A stretch of 64,000 bases of DNA from Octopus vulgaris (taxonomy: Eukaryota). The position numbers and the translations under genes were made by a program. Of the stretch, positions 27,165-40,907 are shown in pieces. The notes beneath the pieces were generated by a model. That model searched no databases, had not been told where the DNA came from, and saw only the letters and a program-made list of their open reading frames with translations. The stretch spans positions 171,740,001 to 171,804,000 of the forward strand of contig OX597814.1 of the NCBI GenBank assembly GCA_951406725.2, given 5' to 3'. How positions within the stretch are numbered: the stretch's first letter is position 1; every line of letters starts with the position of its first letter.

Positions 27165-27301
27165 GTCTTTCTATCTGTCTGAATGGTTGCATACCTACCT
27201 GCGTATCTGTCTGTCTGTCTGCCTGCCTGCTTGTTTGTCTATCTGTCTGTCTAACTATCTGCCTGACTGCCTGTTTGCATGTCTGCCTGCCTATCTGTCT
27301 G

Positions 27302-27394
<93 letters not shown>
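27099..27394. repeat. (TATC)n/(TGTC)n microsatellite left of the Tx1 relic
   Basis: Directly visible. Confidence 0.93.
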
Positions 27395-27395
<1 letters not shown>

Positions 27396-28888
27396 ATAGA
27401 CAGGATAGTTAAGGAACCTGGCATGGGTGGGGCACTGATCAATTTGGATCAATCGAAAGCTTTCGATACTTGGAGGCTGTCTTCATAGCATCGATACTTG
27501 GAGGCTATCCTCATAGCGGCTGGTTTCGGTCCCGTCTTCCGTGGCTGGATAACTGCTTTCTACAGAGGCATCCGTTCAGTAATTCACGTAAATGGAGAAG
27601 CAAGCCCATGCCGTCCACCAGCGCCTCCGTCGTGGGATGCTGGACTGACGGTCCGGTCGATTTGCTCGGGTTCTGGTTTGGTCCGGACCTCCAAATGGAG
27701 AACTTGGACGAGTAAACGAGTAGGGTGGTCACTCTCGCCTGGCAATGGGCCGAGAGGAAGCTGTCCCTAAAAGGTCGGGTGGAGGTGGCGAACACGTACA
27801 TCGCGTCTGTCATCTACTACCGCCTGACCGTCGTGCCTTGTCCCGACTCTATCATCACCAAGCTCTCAAGCAACTATGCCGTCCCGGGTCGACCTTGAGC
27901 GACTTCAACCAAAGCACTCTATAGGGGATTAGTGGAGGGGAGGTACGACGACGATCTTGGGGCGAACCTGGGCGTGGACGAGAAATATGTGACCCGCCTG
28001 TTCCAGACGACTTTCGGGCCGGGACCTATGGACAACTTCCAGAGATCCCTGGCCTGGCAGTGCTATCGAGAAGCGCTACCCGTTCGGGATAAGCTCTACA
28101 GGCATGGCTCGAGAAACACGGGGCCGACCTGATCGAGATGCGGTCAGAGTGACGAAACCGTCCTGCACGCACTCGTATAGTGTCCAACCATTTCCGACCT
28201 GTGGGCTTATGTCGAACGACTGCTATCGCGTGTGAAACGAGTCGGTTTATCAACCGAGTATATCGTGAATATTGTCGCACCTCCTTCCTTGAAACGGGAA
28301 GGAAGAGCCATTTTCATCTTACTTGTGGCTATGGCGAAAGAATGTACATGGTGGACGCGTCTGAAAGGTCTAGAGACAAACACTTTCCTCTCTGGTCAAT
28401 CCTTCATCAACTTCTTCAAGTATCACTTGAAGAGGAAGGTGAGAGTAGAGAGGAAAGTTTTGTCTAGTGAATGTTTCAAAAAAAGATGGGTGAATGTAGC
28501 AAGGATGGCACGTGGGAATGACGGAGCCATCTTGAGCATAATCCTATCAACCAAAAGAAAAAAAAAAGAAAGGAAAAAAGTGAGACACTTACTGTAATGT
28601 GTTTTCTTTTTGCATGACACAATTGCCCAAGGTTCACGTGGTCTTTTCCGATGGCTTTTCTATCCACGGACAAACCTAGTCTGTTTTCCCTTTTTACATT
28701 GACATTTCTTTGATACACGATCCCTATTGATCGACCCCACTTTTTTTCACGATACCTTTTGTTCGGAATTCTCCCCACCCTTTTTTCTCACGATCACTTT
28801 TGATAGGAATTCGCCCCCACCCTTTTCCCCCTTCACTTCTTCATAAAAGGAAAAGCTCTACTTTGTATTTTGTCCCTTCTATGCTTAG
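27393..28888 (+). mobile_element. L1-clade Tx1-like LINE relic (5'-truncated, internally deleted ORF2 + 3'UTR)
   Basis: ALINLDQSKAFD (RT), GFGPVFRGWI, VDLLGFWFG, RKLSLKGRVEVANTYIAS, RCGQSDETVLHAL..CP (CCHC); stops and frameshifts; flanked on both sides by (TATC)n. Confidence 0.88.
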
Positions 28889-28975
<87 letters not shown>

Positions 28976-29613
28976 GGCCAGTCTATCTATTTATCTGTCG
29001 TACACACTAGTCTGTCTCTAAAACATCATTTTTGAATACTTCAGTAATATGTTTCTTCCTCCACACTCCACCTCCATTCCCTACCCACCTTCTTGTTTAG
29101 TACACAATATGTTGCAAATAAAACATAATGACACTTTCTGTGCTAATTCACCATATTATCCCCTCGTCTGGTGCTACATGAACACTAACGCCCCCCGTTT
29201 AATGACCGCCATAACAATAGGTCTAAAGCAACGCATAGAGGGTTCTACTGGCAAAGGATGTTAGTTTCGTCTGTAAGATTTCATCTTTCATGAAACTTTG
29301 CGAATGGGAAGAGCAGTAACGTTTTTTTTTTTTCCTTCAACAACCGAACCGTCCAAGTCCTTGTAATACTTCACTTGAAAACACCAAATCATACAGAAAA
29401 CTGGACAGCATACAGGATAAATATCAATTATACTATTTGTAAACCAACCGTATCTTCATTCAACCCTCATTATTTGAAAAATCGTCCAGGGTTACAAAAT
29501 CTGTAACATCTCTTCCGGCCTGTCATTAACAACTCAAGACACAAACACACACGTTTCCCTCTCCCTCCCTCTCTCTACATATGTATACACACACACATAT
29601 GTGTGTGTGCATG

Positions 29614-29866
<253 letters not shown>

Positions 29867-30342
29867 CGCACGCACATAGCTCATACATGTGCCTTCTATG
29901 TTTGTAAGTAAAGAAATGTACACCTTCCCTTATACGCAGCCAGGCACGTATACACACCTTGTTTCATTGATTCACTCATATAATGCTGGTGTCAGTGTAC
30001 AAATATATTACTTTGTTCCGTAAAAAAAATTGCTCACTTCGAATATATGCCTTATAGAACTCATAAATAGATTCCCATATTTAATAAGAAAATATATGGG
30101 TGTATGAATGTACATGTATATATATATATATGTATGTATATACACACACACACATATATATATATACATACACACACACATATATATATAGACATATATA
30201 AATATATGTATATATAAGTATATATATATGGAGAGAGAGAGAGAGAATGAGAGAAAGAGAGAAACTGAGAAGGAGAGGAAGAGATATATATATATATATC
30301 AACTGATAGATATATAGACTGATATGATAATGACACGAAAAA

Positions 30343-30419
<77 letters not shown>

Positions 30420-31143
30420 TGTATATACGTAAGTATATACGTATGTACACGCATATATTTTTCAACTCGTAAATATGCATTTTCATTGAAAAATTTAGAC
30501 AGGAAGTGCCAACACAAGTTCTTTTTCCATGTCCAATAATTCAGTTGGGAGTCTGTTAACAATCAGTTATCAAAAGAACAGAGAAAATAACCCTGGCTTG
30601 TCTTTGTCAAATATTACACAATCTTCCCTGACATTACATATTGGAGAGGTCATCGGTGCCAAGTGAATTGGACATTCGTCATTGAAATCAAGTTCAATCC
30701 AGAGTGAGCAACAGAGGAGGCCAAAGTAAGTTACGTTTACCGTAACTCAGTGTGGTGCCAAATATTTTGAGATATGAGCTAGTGTTGAATATTCATATTC
30801 TTAGCCAGCCATATAAGTTATTGGTTTGTGTCGTAGGTGGTTGACATTTGGTCGCCAGTCAACATAAAGTTTTCCTAGTCAAGCAATAGTTTCGTTCGTT
30901 TCGTTTCGTTTCGTTCCGTCCATCTTGGTTTTGGAATGATTAACAGATGAAGAGAAAAGTTAAAGAAAACAAACAATATTTTCCTTTTCAGTTCAGTAAA
31001 GATAATATATATACAGTGGACAAAGTTTTGTGAAATGGTGTTTTAAGTCCAGTCAGAAAATATGCGTGTAGATAAGTATATACATACATACGTACACACA
31101 CACACAGATATGCACACATGCGCACACACAAACGCACACATTA

Positions 31144-31215
<72 letters not shown>

Positions 31216-31279
31216 ACATGCATATAACTTGCGTGTGCTTATAAATGTGCATGTATGTGTGTGCGTACTTATGTATATA

Positions 31280-31358
<79 letters not shown>

Positions 31359-31979
31359 ATGTATATGTATATATATCTATGTAGATGCATACATGTGTAC
31401 ATTTATACATATGCGTATGTACATGTGCATGTGTGTGTATGTGTTTGTCTGTGTGTAACTTTTCATATGTTCATGCATAAACACACACGCATGCGTAAGA
31501 AGCTTCAGCTTCTTCACTCTGAGTCTAACGTTTCCGATTGCTATAACGATTCGGTGGAGACGGCTCTGTTTTTCACTGTAACCTTTCGCATAAGTCTGAT
31601 CCGAGATACACTCGCATATAAACACATATATATATACACACGTCTGTGTATGCGTTTGAGTATACGTTAACGTTTGTTTTCCTGTGTAGTTATATATAAA
31701 AACGATTTAACATTCAAATGAAAAATCACTTAATGCTTTTTAATTTTTACAAGAAGTTACCACTTAACTTCGAAATTTCGACTTGCTCCCGTTATCTTAT
31801 AGCGTGATTACGGCGAGTAGCTTCACGTTCGAAGTCAATGTCAAACTGTCCCTTGCAAAAGTTAATTAATATACGCGTGTGGATAAGTATGTATACATCT
31901 ATACACCCTTAGGCATATATAGACACAAACGCATATACACATGCTCATATATATAAACCTGTTTATATATAAACATTAA

Positions 31980-32210
31980 AGCGGCGAGCTTGCAGAAACG
32001 TTAGCACGCCGGACGAAATGCCTAGCGGTGTTTCGTCTGCCGTTACGTTCTGGGTTCAAATTCCGGCGAGGTCGACTTTGCCTTTCATCCTTTCGGGGTC
32101 GATAAATTAAGTACAAGTAACGTGCTGGGGGTCGATGTAATCGACTTAATTCGTTTGTCTGTCTTTGTTTGTCCTCTCTATGTTTAGTCCCTTGTGGGAA
32201 ATAAAGAAAT
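31980..32210 (+). mobile_element. SINE family A, monomer
   Basis: Head gcggcgagcttgcagaaacgttagc to tail cccttgtgggaaataaagaaat. Confidence 0.88.
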
Positions 32211-32304
32211 AATATATAAACCTGCCCCCCCCCCCCACAGTTCACACATGTTTATATGTCCTCACCACCTAGCATTCTAGAAAATAAGGACCTAACTCTT
32301 AGAT

Positions 32305-32625
32305 ACGCTTGGCTCAGTAATTTGAGAGTCTGGTTCAAAATAATAAGGTTGTGAGTTCGATTCTCAGCCCGGACTGTGTGTTGTGCTCTTGAGCAAGACA
32401 TTTTATTTCACATTGCTCCAGTTCACGCAGCTGTAGGAATGGGTTACGACATCACTGGTATCAAGCTGTATCGGCCTTTGCCTTTCCCTAGGATAAAATT
32501 GGTGGCGTGGAGAGTGGAGGCTCGTATGCATGGGTCCCTGCTGGTTTTCCATAAACAACCTTGCCCGAACTTTAGCCTCGTGAGGTAACTTTCTTGGTAC
32601 AATTCCATTGCCATTCATGACGGAA
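32305..32625 (+). mobile_element. SINE family D head with a different 3' region
   Basis: gagttcgattctc B-box; cttgagcaagacattttatttcacattgctccagttcacgcagctg. Confidence 0.6.
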
Positions 32626-32921
32626 TAAGGTCTTTACTATTTACCCTTACTTAGATACGTATGGAGTAGAAAAAGTGGTATGGTATTTTAAGGGGTCAGT
32701 TATTTTGTGGTCAATGATGACTTTTTGCCATAATTCCAAGTTGTAGGATAAGGTCTGACCTACTAATAAACCAAAGCTGAGAGCCGTAGAGCCTACCAAC
32801 CCAGAAATCGCGCACCACATCAGTTTTCACTTTTATTGAGTTTGTCCTATTAAACGTCCTCAATTCCCAAACCAGTAAGCTACCGGGTAATGTATTTTCG
32901 ATGTTATTTTGAGAAATGCAT

Positions 32922-33315
32922 AGTGGCTGTGTGGTAAGTAGCTTGTTTACCAACCACATGGTTCCGTGTTCAGTCCCACTGCGTGACACCTTGGGCAAGT
33001 GTCTTCTACTATAGCCTCGGGCCGACCAAAGCCTTGTGAGTGGATTTGGTAGACGGAAACTGAAAGAAGCCTATATATATATATATGTATGTGTGTGTAT
33101 GTGTTTGTGTGTCTGTGTTTGTCCCCCTAGCATTGCTTGACAACCGATGCTGGTGTGTTTACGTCCCCGTAATGTAGCGGTTCGGCAAAAGAGACCGATA
33201 GAATAAGTACTGGGCTTACAAAGAATAAGTTCCGGGGTCGATTTGCTCGACTAAAGGCGGTGCTCCAGCATGGCCGCTGTCAAATGACTGAAACAAGTAA
33301 AAGAGTAAAAGAGAG
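32922..33315 (+). mobile_element. SINE family B, near full length
   Basis: Collinear with family B; tail gtaaaagagtaaaagagag. Confidence 0.9.
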
Positions 33316-33599
33316 TTATTATGGACTTCCGACAAAGCATGCGCAATAATTTACAGTAATCTCCTTTATACTATCCTCAGCCGGAGTGGGGGTGTTCAAG
33401 ACCTGACTACAGTGTATGCGCATGTACCTCATTTGAATTTCTTCTGGGCAGACGTTGCATGTTCGAACATCTTCACAACGTCATTTGCTATTTGTGTGCG
33501 ATAAAAGCCATTAAAAAAAATTTCGTTTGTTTTTTTTTTTACTGTACATTTATTATCATTAATAGTGTGTATTTCATTCCGGCATTTTTAATACTAATA

Positions 33600-34010
33600 A
33601 TGATAAACTTAGATAAACTTAGATATGTTTCGACCAAATATTGGTCCAGGCCATGTCTAACTTAATAGCACCACCTGATAGGATTATTCGAATCCTGTTT
33701 AAGTCAAGTTTTGTTTAAGTCAAGTTTTGTTCAAGTAGTGAGTTCTTGTTGGGTGAGTTATATCCAATTATGGGTGGCTTATCTGGTATTCTTTGAAGGA
33801 ATCTATCCAGACTCTGTTTAAAGTTGATGGAATCCTTTTCCTCTTTGATCTCCCTCAGGACAATGTTAAATAGGGCAGGGCCTTTTTGTTTTTAGCATAT
33901 TTCAGTTCTATGCTGGAACATTTCCGAAGTAGAGTTCGCTCTTATTATTACATCTTATGTTTTATTGTGATTGTCCCTAAGAACAATCCGTTTTCACTTA
34001 GCCAAGCCGT
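33600..34010 (-). mobile_element. CR1/L2-group LINE 3' end relic
   Basis: Minus strand reads KGPALFNIVLREIKEEKDSINFKQSLDRFLQRIPDKPPIIGYNSPNKNSLLE, matching the ORF2 C-terminal pattern GP.LFN...FK..LD.FL..IPD.P; tandem ctaagtttat tail. Confidence 0.7.
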
Positions 34011-34189
34011 TTTGAGATTTGTTACCTCAATTTTTTCATCGCGGTTTTCACAGCATTGACAAGACTATCGGATGTTGTTATACATCGCCTGTCACAATGC
34101 GATTTGTATTGTTTTAGCCTTCGAATGGTGCTACACCAGTGGCTAGGCGAGCAGGCAAACGTTCTCTTTGATCAGAAGACTATTCCATC

Positions 34190-34338
34190 GTTGTGTTTAC
34201 GCATTTACAGCTGAGCGGACTGGAGCAACATGAAATAAAGTGTTTTGCTCAACGACACAATGCACTACCCGGTTTGGGTGTCGAAACTACGACCTAGCAA
34301 TCGTAAAAGCGACACTCTCACCACTAGGCCACGGGCAT
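34190..34338 (-). mobile_element. SINE family D head
   Basis: Reverse complement gives gtggcctagtggt and tgtgtcgttgagcaaaacactttatttcatgttgctccagtc. Confidence 0.65.
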
Positions 34339-34399
34339 TTATATAATATATATCTGTTTTGCTAACATGCGTATGATACAAAAAGAGTGACAAAATATA

Positions 34400-34672
34400 C
34401 TCTTTTACCCTTCTACTTGTTTCGGTCGTGGGACTGCGATCAAGCTGGAGCACCATCTGGTGGAGCTGGTCGAAAAAAATCGACTCCAGTAATTGTTTTA
34501 AGACCTGTACTTATTTTATCGGAATCTTCTGACGAACTGCATTTTACGGAGATGTAAACAAATCAAAACTAATTATAAAATGCGTGTAGAAATCTACATA
34601 AACAAATATATAGATTTATATACATACATATATGTATACGACGGGCTCAACGCAGTTTCCTTCCACCAAATT
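34400..34672 (-). mobile_element. SINE family B, diverged 3' part
   Basis: ctcttttac..cttgtttcggtc...tacgacgggctc..cagtttcc. Confidence 0.6.
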
Positions 34673-35131
34673 CTTAAATACAGGTTGTGCTGCAGAATGT
34701 ATTAAGGACTACTGGGTTAATAAGAATAATCATGAATAAAAAAAAGATCAAATACAGTCGAATCTTAATTATGTTGTTCCAAACAAACACACACATGCAT
34801 ACATACATACATACATACATACATACATACATACATACATACATACATACATACATACATACATACATACATACATACACACACATACATACATACATAC
34901 ATACACACATACATACATATATACATATATACATACATACACACACATGCACTCACACATATACGCATACGTATGCATACATATATAGACACGTGCAGAC
35001 ACGCACACATACACATACGAACACACATACATACGCGCACACATACATGAATATACATGAACTATGTATGTGCATGTGTTTTGAGTTTGATTCATGATGA
35101 GAGAGGGAAGAAGAGAGGAGATAAGAATGAA

Positions 35132-35168
<37 letters not shown>

Positions 35169-35455
35169 AAGAGAGAAAGAGAAGGTGTGTGTGTGTATGT
35201 GTATGTGCGCATGTGTATGTGTGCGTGTGTGTTTCCCAAATCTAAATCCTAGAAAATCAAGGATTTCATGCATAATTTCCCTAATAGAATGTCGTGGCCA
35301 CAGCAAATCCCTCTTCGGGAATAGCAGTCGGGACGAGAACGAAAGTTGGCGAAGAAAAAGGGTAGACATAAACACCCCTTGCTCATTACGATAATTAAGT
35401 TTATTAAGATTTGTGAAGTAATCACTTTTCGTTTACATTTTTATTTTGAGAAATC

Positions 35456-35704
35456 CAGAAAGTGTTGATGTACGTATGTGTATGAAAGGATCTCCATCGG
35501 TTTCGACGATGAGTAATACAGTTTAGTCTTTTGGTCAACTGAATCACCTACACATTCGATTTTAGTGTGGGTTCTGAGTGCAGAAAGTGTTGATGTACGT
35601 ATGTGTATGAAAGGATCTCCATCGGTTTCGACGATGAGTAATACAGTTTAGTCTTTTGATCATCTGAATCGCCTACACATTCGATTTTAGTGTGGGTTCT
35701 GAGT
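35456..35704. repeat. Tandem duplication, 2 x ~125 bp, overlapping a degraded minus-strand SINE C/D tail
   Basis: cagaaagtgttgatgtacg...gtgggttctgagt at 35456 and 35581. Confidence 0.88.
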
Positions 35705-35924
35705 ATTCAATGTGCAAAATTGTATTATTAATGAAGTCACCGAACAGATTCTGCGTGACACAATGTGTGACAAGACTGGACCTTACGAGCTTCCACACAA
35801 TTTCTATCTATCCAATTTAATATATGTATCTATGTATCTATCTAACTATCTATCCGTCTGTCTATCTGCCCATTCGTCTATATGTCTGTCTATCTATTTG
35901 CTTGTATGTCTATCATTTTGTGTA

Positions 35925-36370
<446 letters not shown>

Positions 36371-36482
36371 ATATATATACATGCGCACACACAGCCACAC
36401 AGTACACAAATACATGCATACAATGAGAAAATACAAACACAATATATGCATATATGCATGTGTATATATATATATATACACA

Positions 36483-36522
<40 letters not shown>

Positions 36523-36811
36523 CTTACATGTGTGTGTGTGTGTAAGGGAAATTATAGAAGGAACACATCTAGGCAATCAATACAAATTCCAAAGTATAAT
36601 TTAAAACACACAACGAATTATAATATACTTATGAATTTATAAATCAGTGAAAAAAATTACATAACAAAAGGCATACGTAAAAACTGTGCATCTTGTACGT
36701 TGGGTTCAGGTACGAATGGAAGAGTGACGTATATAAAAATTCGAGGTAAGGGCTTCCAAAGTAGGTAGATAAATAGGTAGATAAAATAAATATATACAGC
36801 TTCTGTATATA

Positions 36812-37060
36812 TGGATGTCATCTACAGCCGTTTCAGGGGTACAATAAGTATATAAATGTCGTTTTAAGTATTCCAAATACAGAACAATGCCCTCATCCGA
36901 CATTTCATATAAACATCAAATTCTTAATAGATTCGAACAGTTCCTTTTGGAAGCCCTTACACTGAATTTCCCTTATCCTTCGATTTAGTTCGCATTGAGC
37001 ATTTTTTAATACAGTCCACATATTGTGAAGTATACTTAAAACATACTTTATAAGCAAATT
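36812..37060 (-). mobile_element. Penelope-like 3' fragment with degenerate hammerhead
   Basis: Minus strand: atgt-CGGATGA-gggc..tacccct-GAAA-cggct-GTA; upstream ..ELNRRIRE.. loosely resembles a GIY-YIG C-terminus. Confidence 0.4.
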
Positions 37061-37116
37061 TAACTTTATATATATGTAGATGTATGTATGCATATATGTA
37101 AATATATATATATATA

Positions 37117-37510
37117 CTAGCAGTATCGCCCGGCGTTGCTCGGGTTGTAAGGGAAATAACTATATAAGCATTTTTAGAGAGTTATAGCCAAAAAATAGCA
37201 AAAAAATGCATTAAAAATTGAAAACAAATTAAGGTAAATTTTTTTTTAAATCGTTGACACATCGTAGATATTTTTAGAGAGTTACTTCCCTTATATAAAA
37301 GCGAAAAAATGCATTAAAATGGAAAAATATGATGGTAATTTTTTTAAAAATCGTAGACTCATCGTAGACGCGCGCTAATACCCAGAAGGGCTTGATATGA
37401 ATCACGACTATAAGATACCCGCTTTTGGTTAAACTGCACCGCAAAATGTGGGAGTAGTTACGAATCTAAATCGAAGGGGACAGACACACAACTTCACTCT
37501 TATATAAAGA
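37117..37510 (-). mobile_element. Non-autonomous Helitron
   Basis: Reverse complement of 48768-49174: TC start at 37510, hairpin + CTAG end at 37117. Confidence 0.85.
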
Positions 37511-37836
37511 TGCTTTTTTTTTTCAGTCATAGAGTTAGATTTATGAAGGTCTTCAGTAGAAAATCCTTCGAATTCTGACTCGCTGCTTGATATAATGAAA
37601 TTCGTATCCATTTTTTGTCAGAATTACAAATTTTGAAAACACAATAGGAACAAATTTCGGAAAAAAATCTCCCATAATTCACGGAATAAAAATTACACTT
37701 CGATTTTTGTACAAAACTGTATTTGAAGTGTTTACGAAGTATAATACGTATTTTCACGAATGTACTAAAGAGATTTACTCTGATATTCTCATTTAAATAT
37801 GAATAGGTAAATTCGGGCGGTTTGGTAACGAAAGGG
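37511..37836 (-). mobile_element. Possible piggyBac-like 5' end
   Basis: Minus strand begins (taaa)ccctttcgttacc; short ORF MDTNFIISSSESEFEGF resembles acidic transposase N-termini. Confidence 0.35.
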
Positions 37837-38291
37837 TTTATATAAGTGTCGTCTGTTTATACATAAACACTGTTTCATACTTTCAGTTTAGTCTTCCTCA
37901 AATCACTCTGTCGCTAATTTACTCTCTTCCAAGAACATTTTCACTCACTCTTATCTGTTAGCTTCCCATACATTTTACTCATGTATCTATCAGCGTGATA
38001 GACAGAAACAAATATTACATCTAGTTTCACTTTATTCGTTGCACACTGTGTGTGTGCGTTTGCGTGTGATGTAAACCAGACTAAGAAAAGCATTTGACAC
38101 ACACACCAGAATGTGAGTTTTCTGTAAATTTTGCTTAATTGGAGTTTAAATTTTAAAAACTGGACCTGGCATGATGCGATGCATTCTACTCTTAAAAATG
38201 CTAGGTAAATTGTAATTGAAGAAATCCTATATTGTAGATTTCTATAACTCCCAAAGGGAGGCAGATAAAATCTGCCTTTTATAATAAGAGA

Positions 38292-38928
38292 CTAGCAGTA
38301 TCGCCCGGCGTTGCTCGGGTTTGTAAGGGAAATAACTATATAAGCATTTTTAGAGAGTTATAGCCAAAAAATAGCAAAAAATGCATTAAAAATGGAAAAA
38401 ATATGATGGTAAATTTTTTGTTAAAATCGTTGACTCATCGTAGACATTTTTAGAGAGTTACTTCCTTATATAATAGCGAAAAAATGCATTAAAATGGAAA
38501 AAAAACGATGGTAATTTTTTTTTTAAATCGTAGACTCATGTAGACGCTTTCTTAGCCATTTCTGTTTTGGTGTCTTCAAGCCATGAAGTCGTTGTTCTAA
38601 AAGAACGCTGGTCTCCTTGACAACGCATTACGACGTTGATTTCCTTACACTCCCTTCCCCACAGGTGCAGGTGTGAGCGTGGACGCCAACTCCGGCGCCA
38701 TCGACACACGAAAAATTATGCATTAAAATGGAATAAAAAATGATGTTAAATTATTTTTAAAATCGTAGACTCATCGTAGACGCGCGCTAATACTCAGACG
38801 GGCTCGATATGAATCACGACTATAAGCTACCCGAATTTGGTTAAACTGCACCGCAAAATGTGGGAGTAGTTAGGAATCTAAATCGAAGGGAACAGACACT
38901 CACACAACTACAGTTTTATATATATAGA
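38292..38928 (-). mobile_element. Non-autonomous Helitron, longer variant
   Basis: Same termini as 37117-37510 plus an extra segment at ~38548-38715 and a third copy of the internal atgcattaaaa.. subrepeat. Confidence 0.85.
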
Positions 38929-39000
38929 TATACATAGCGCAGTAGTGGTGAGATGTGACAGCAAAGAAAAGCATACATTCACTCTCTGCATGCAATTAGA

Positions 39001-39372
39001 CTCGGAAAGTTCGTGAGGAACCCATTGACCCAATTTGCTGACTTTTCCGATAGCACACAGGTCTCAATGAATGGTTGAATGAACAAATCCAAGCTTCTCT
39101 GCTAGTTCCTCAACAGTTACGATGAGATTTTGTTCCACCAGGGTTTTCAGGATGTCCTTGTCGAGTTCTACAGATCTTTCAGGATGAGGCTCGTCTTCTA
39201 GGCTGTAGTTTATGGCTCGGAATTTCTGGAACCACCATTGACACTGCCTTACGCTTATTGTCCAATCCCCATATACTGCATTAATATTTCTTGTACTTTC
39301 CGTTGCGTTGTTGTCTTTATTGAACTCATAAAGCAAAATATGCCAAATATACTCCTTTGTTACTTCCAACAT
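39001..39372 (-). pseudogene. Mariner transposase N-terminal (HTH) relic
   Basis: MLEVTKEYIWHILLYEFNK..QWWFQKFRA..LEDEPH..VEELAEKLG, stop, then ..GKVSKLGQWVPHEL. Confidence 0.88.
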
Positions 39373-39384
39373 AGCTTTGAAAAA

Positions 39385-39518
39385 AATCTTCCTGAGAACT
39401 ACGTTAAGGGTGCACGTGTGTGTAGGGTGCTCGGCCACTTGTCCGTTAATTTCACGAGCATGCTATTCCGTTGATCGTATCAGCTCGGACCCTCGTCGTC
39501 GTAACCGATGGAGTGCTC
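39385..39518 (+). mobile_element. SINE C/D shared 3' tail fragment
   Basis: gagaactacgttaagggtgcacgtgtg...cgtcgtcgtaaccgatggagtgc. Confidence 0.75.
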
Positions 39519-40505
39519 CTTATGTTTATGTATGAATGTATGTATATATACGTTGTATGTATATATATACGTTGTATGTGGTGTACAATTGTTTCATCAA
39601 CATGGTGGTGACAAATCAAATTTCAAGTATCAAGATATGTGTGAGAACAATGATATAGTCGTATCCTTTATATACTGCATATTGCCTAATGACCTCGACA
39701 GTCATTGAGTCATAAACGAACGAAGGAATATAATACAATAACAAATCAGGTATACGAAGAACGTGTCAATGTTCTTCATATACCTAATAAGGTTGCCTCA
39801 ATATTCGAGGAGGGGCCAATACTAGATTTCAACAACGTAGATAGATGCTAGATAGATATAAGTAGACGAGAGAGAGACGAGAAAGAAAGAAAGAAAGAAA
39901 GAAGGAAGGAAGAAATGGCGAGAGGGTTGGATTTAGCGAGCTAAACAGATTGATAGATATAATACATGAAATGATGTCTTAGTGCTACCTCGCATAAGCT
40001 ACCAGCGACAGTTGCTTTTTGAAACTATGTCAGAATATCTTAAGCAAGTGACAATACGTTAGTGCAAATGAGAAGACCGCAAACGTTGCTGTGCTTGTAT
40101 ATGCATGTGTGAATGAGGGGTTTTGAAAGCGAGTACCTGTGGTCGTTAGTTGAAACCACGTGGTTTCACAGATATTCAACATGGCTGAAAAAGGCCGAGG
40201 GGAAACAAAAAAAAACCTGGATTACTTTCTCTCCCAATCTATCTCTTTCTCTCCCTCCCTCTGTTTTCTTTGTCTCTATCTGTCTGTTTCTGTCTGTCCG
40301 TCTGTATGTCTATCTGTCTCTGTCTCTGTCTCTGTCTCTCTCTCCCTCTCTCTTAATATAATATATCTATATTTATAGTAGCTGCGTGTGTATATAACTA
40401 TATATCGGTATATATATGAGTGTGTGTGTGCGTATGTGTGCGTGCGTATGTATGTGCGTGTGTGAGTGTGCGCATGCGAGCATACTTTCATATATGTAAT
40501 CAGAA

Positions 40506-40621
<116 letters not shown>

Positions 40622-40693
40622 AGTCTGCCTGTCTGTATGCCTGTCCGCCTGTCTATTTATTCCCATACGCACACACGCGCACACGCACGCACG

Positions 40694-40757
<64 letters not shown>

Positions 40758-40862
40758 ACACACTTCGAGATAGTCTTTTCGTAATTTTGAATCTTCTCTT
40801 CTATGTATTTTATATATTTGTTTATTTTTTCATTTAAATGTATTTTACAGTTGTTATTGTCT

Positions 40863-40907
<45 letters not shown>

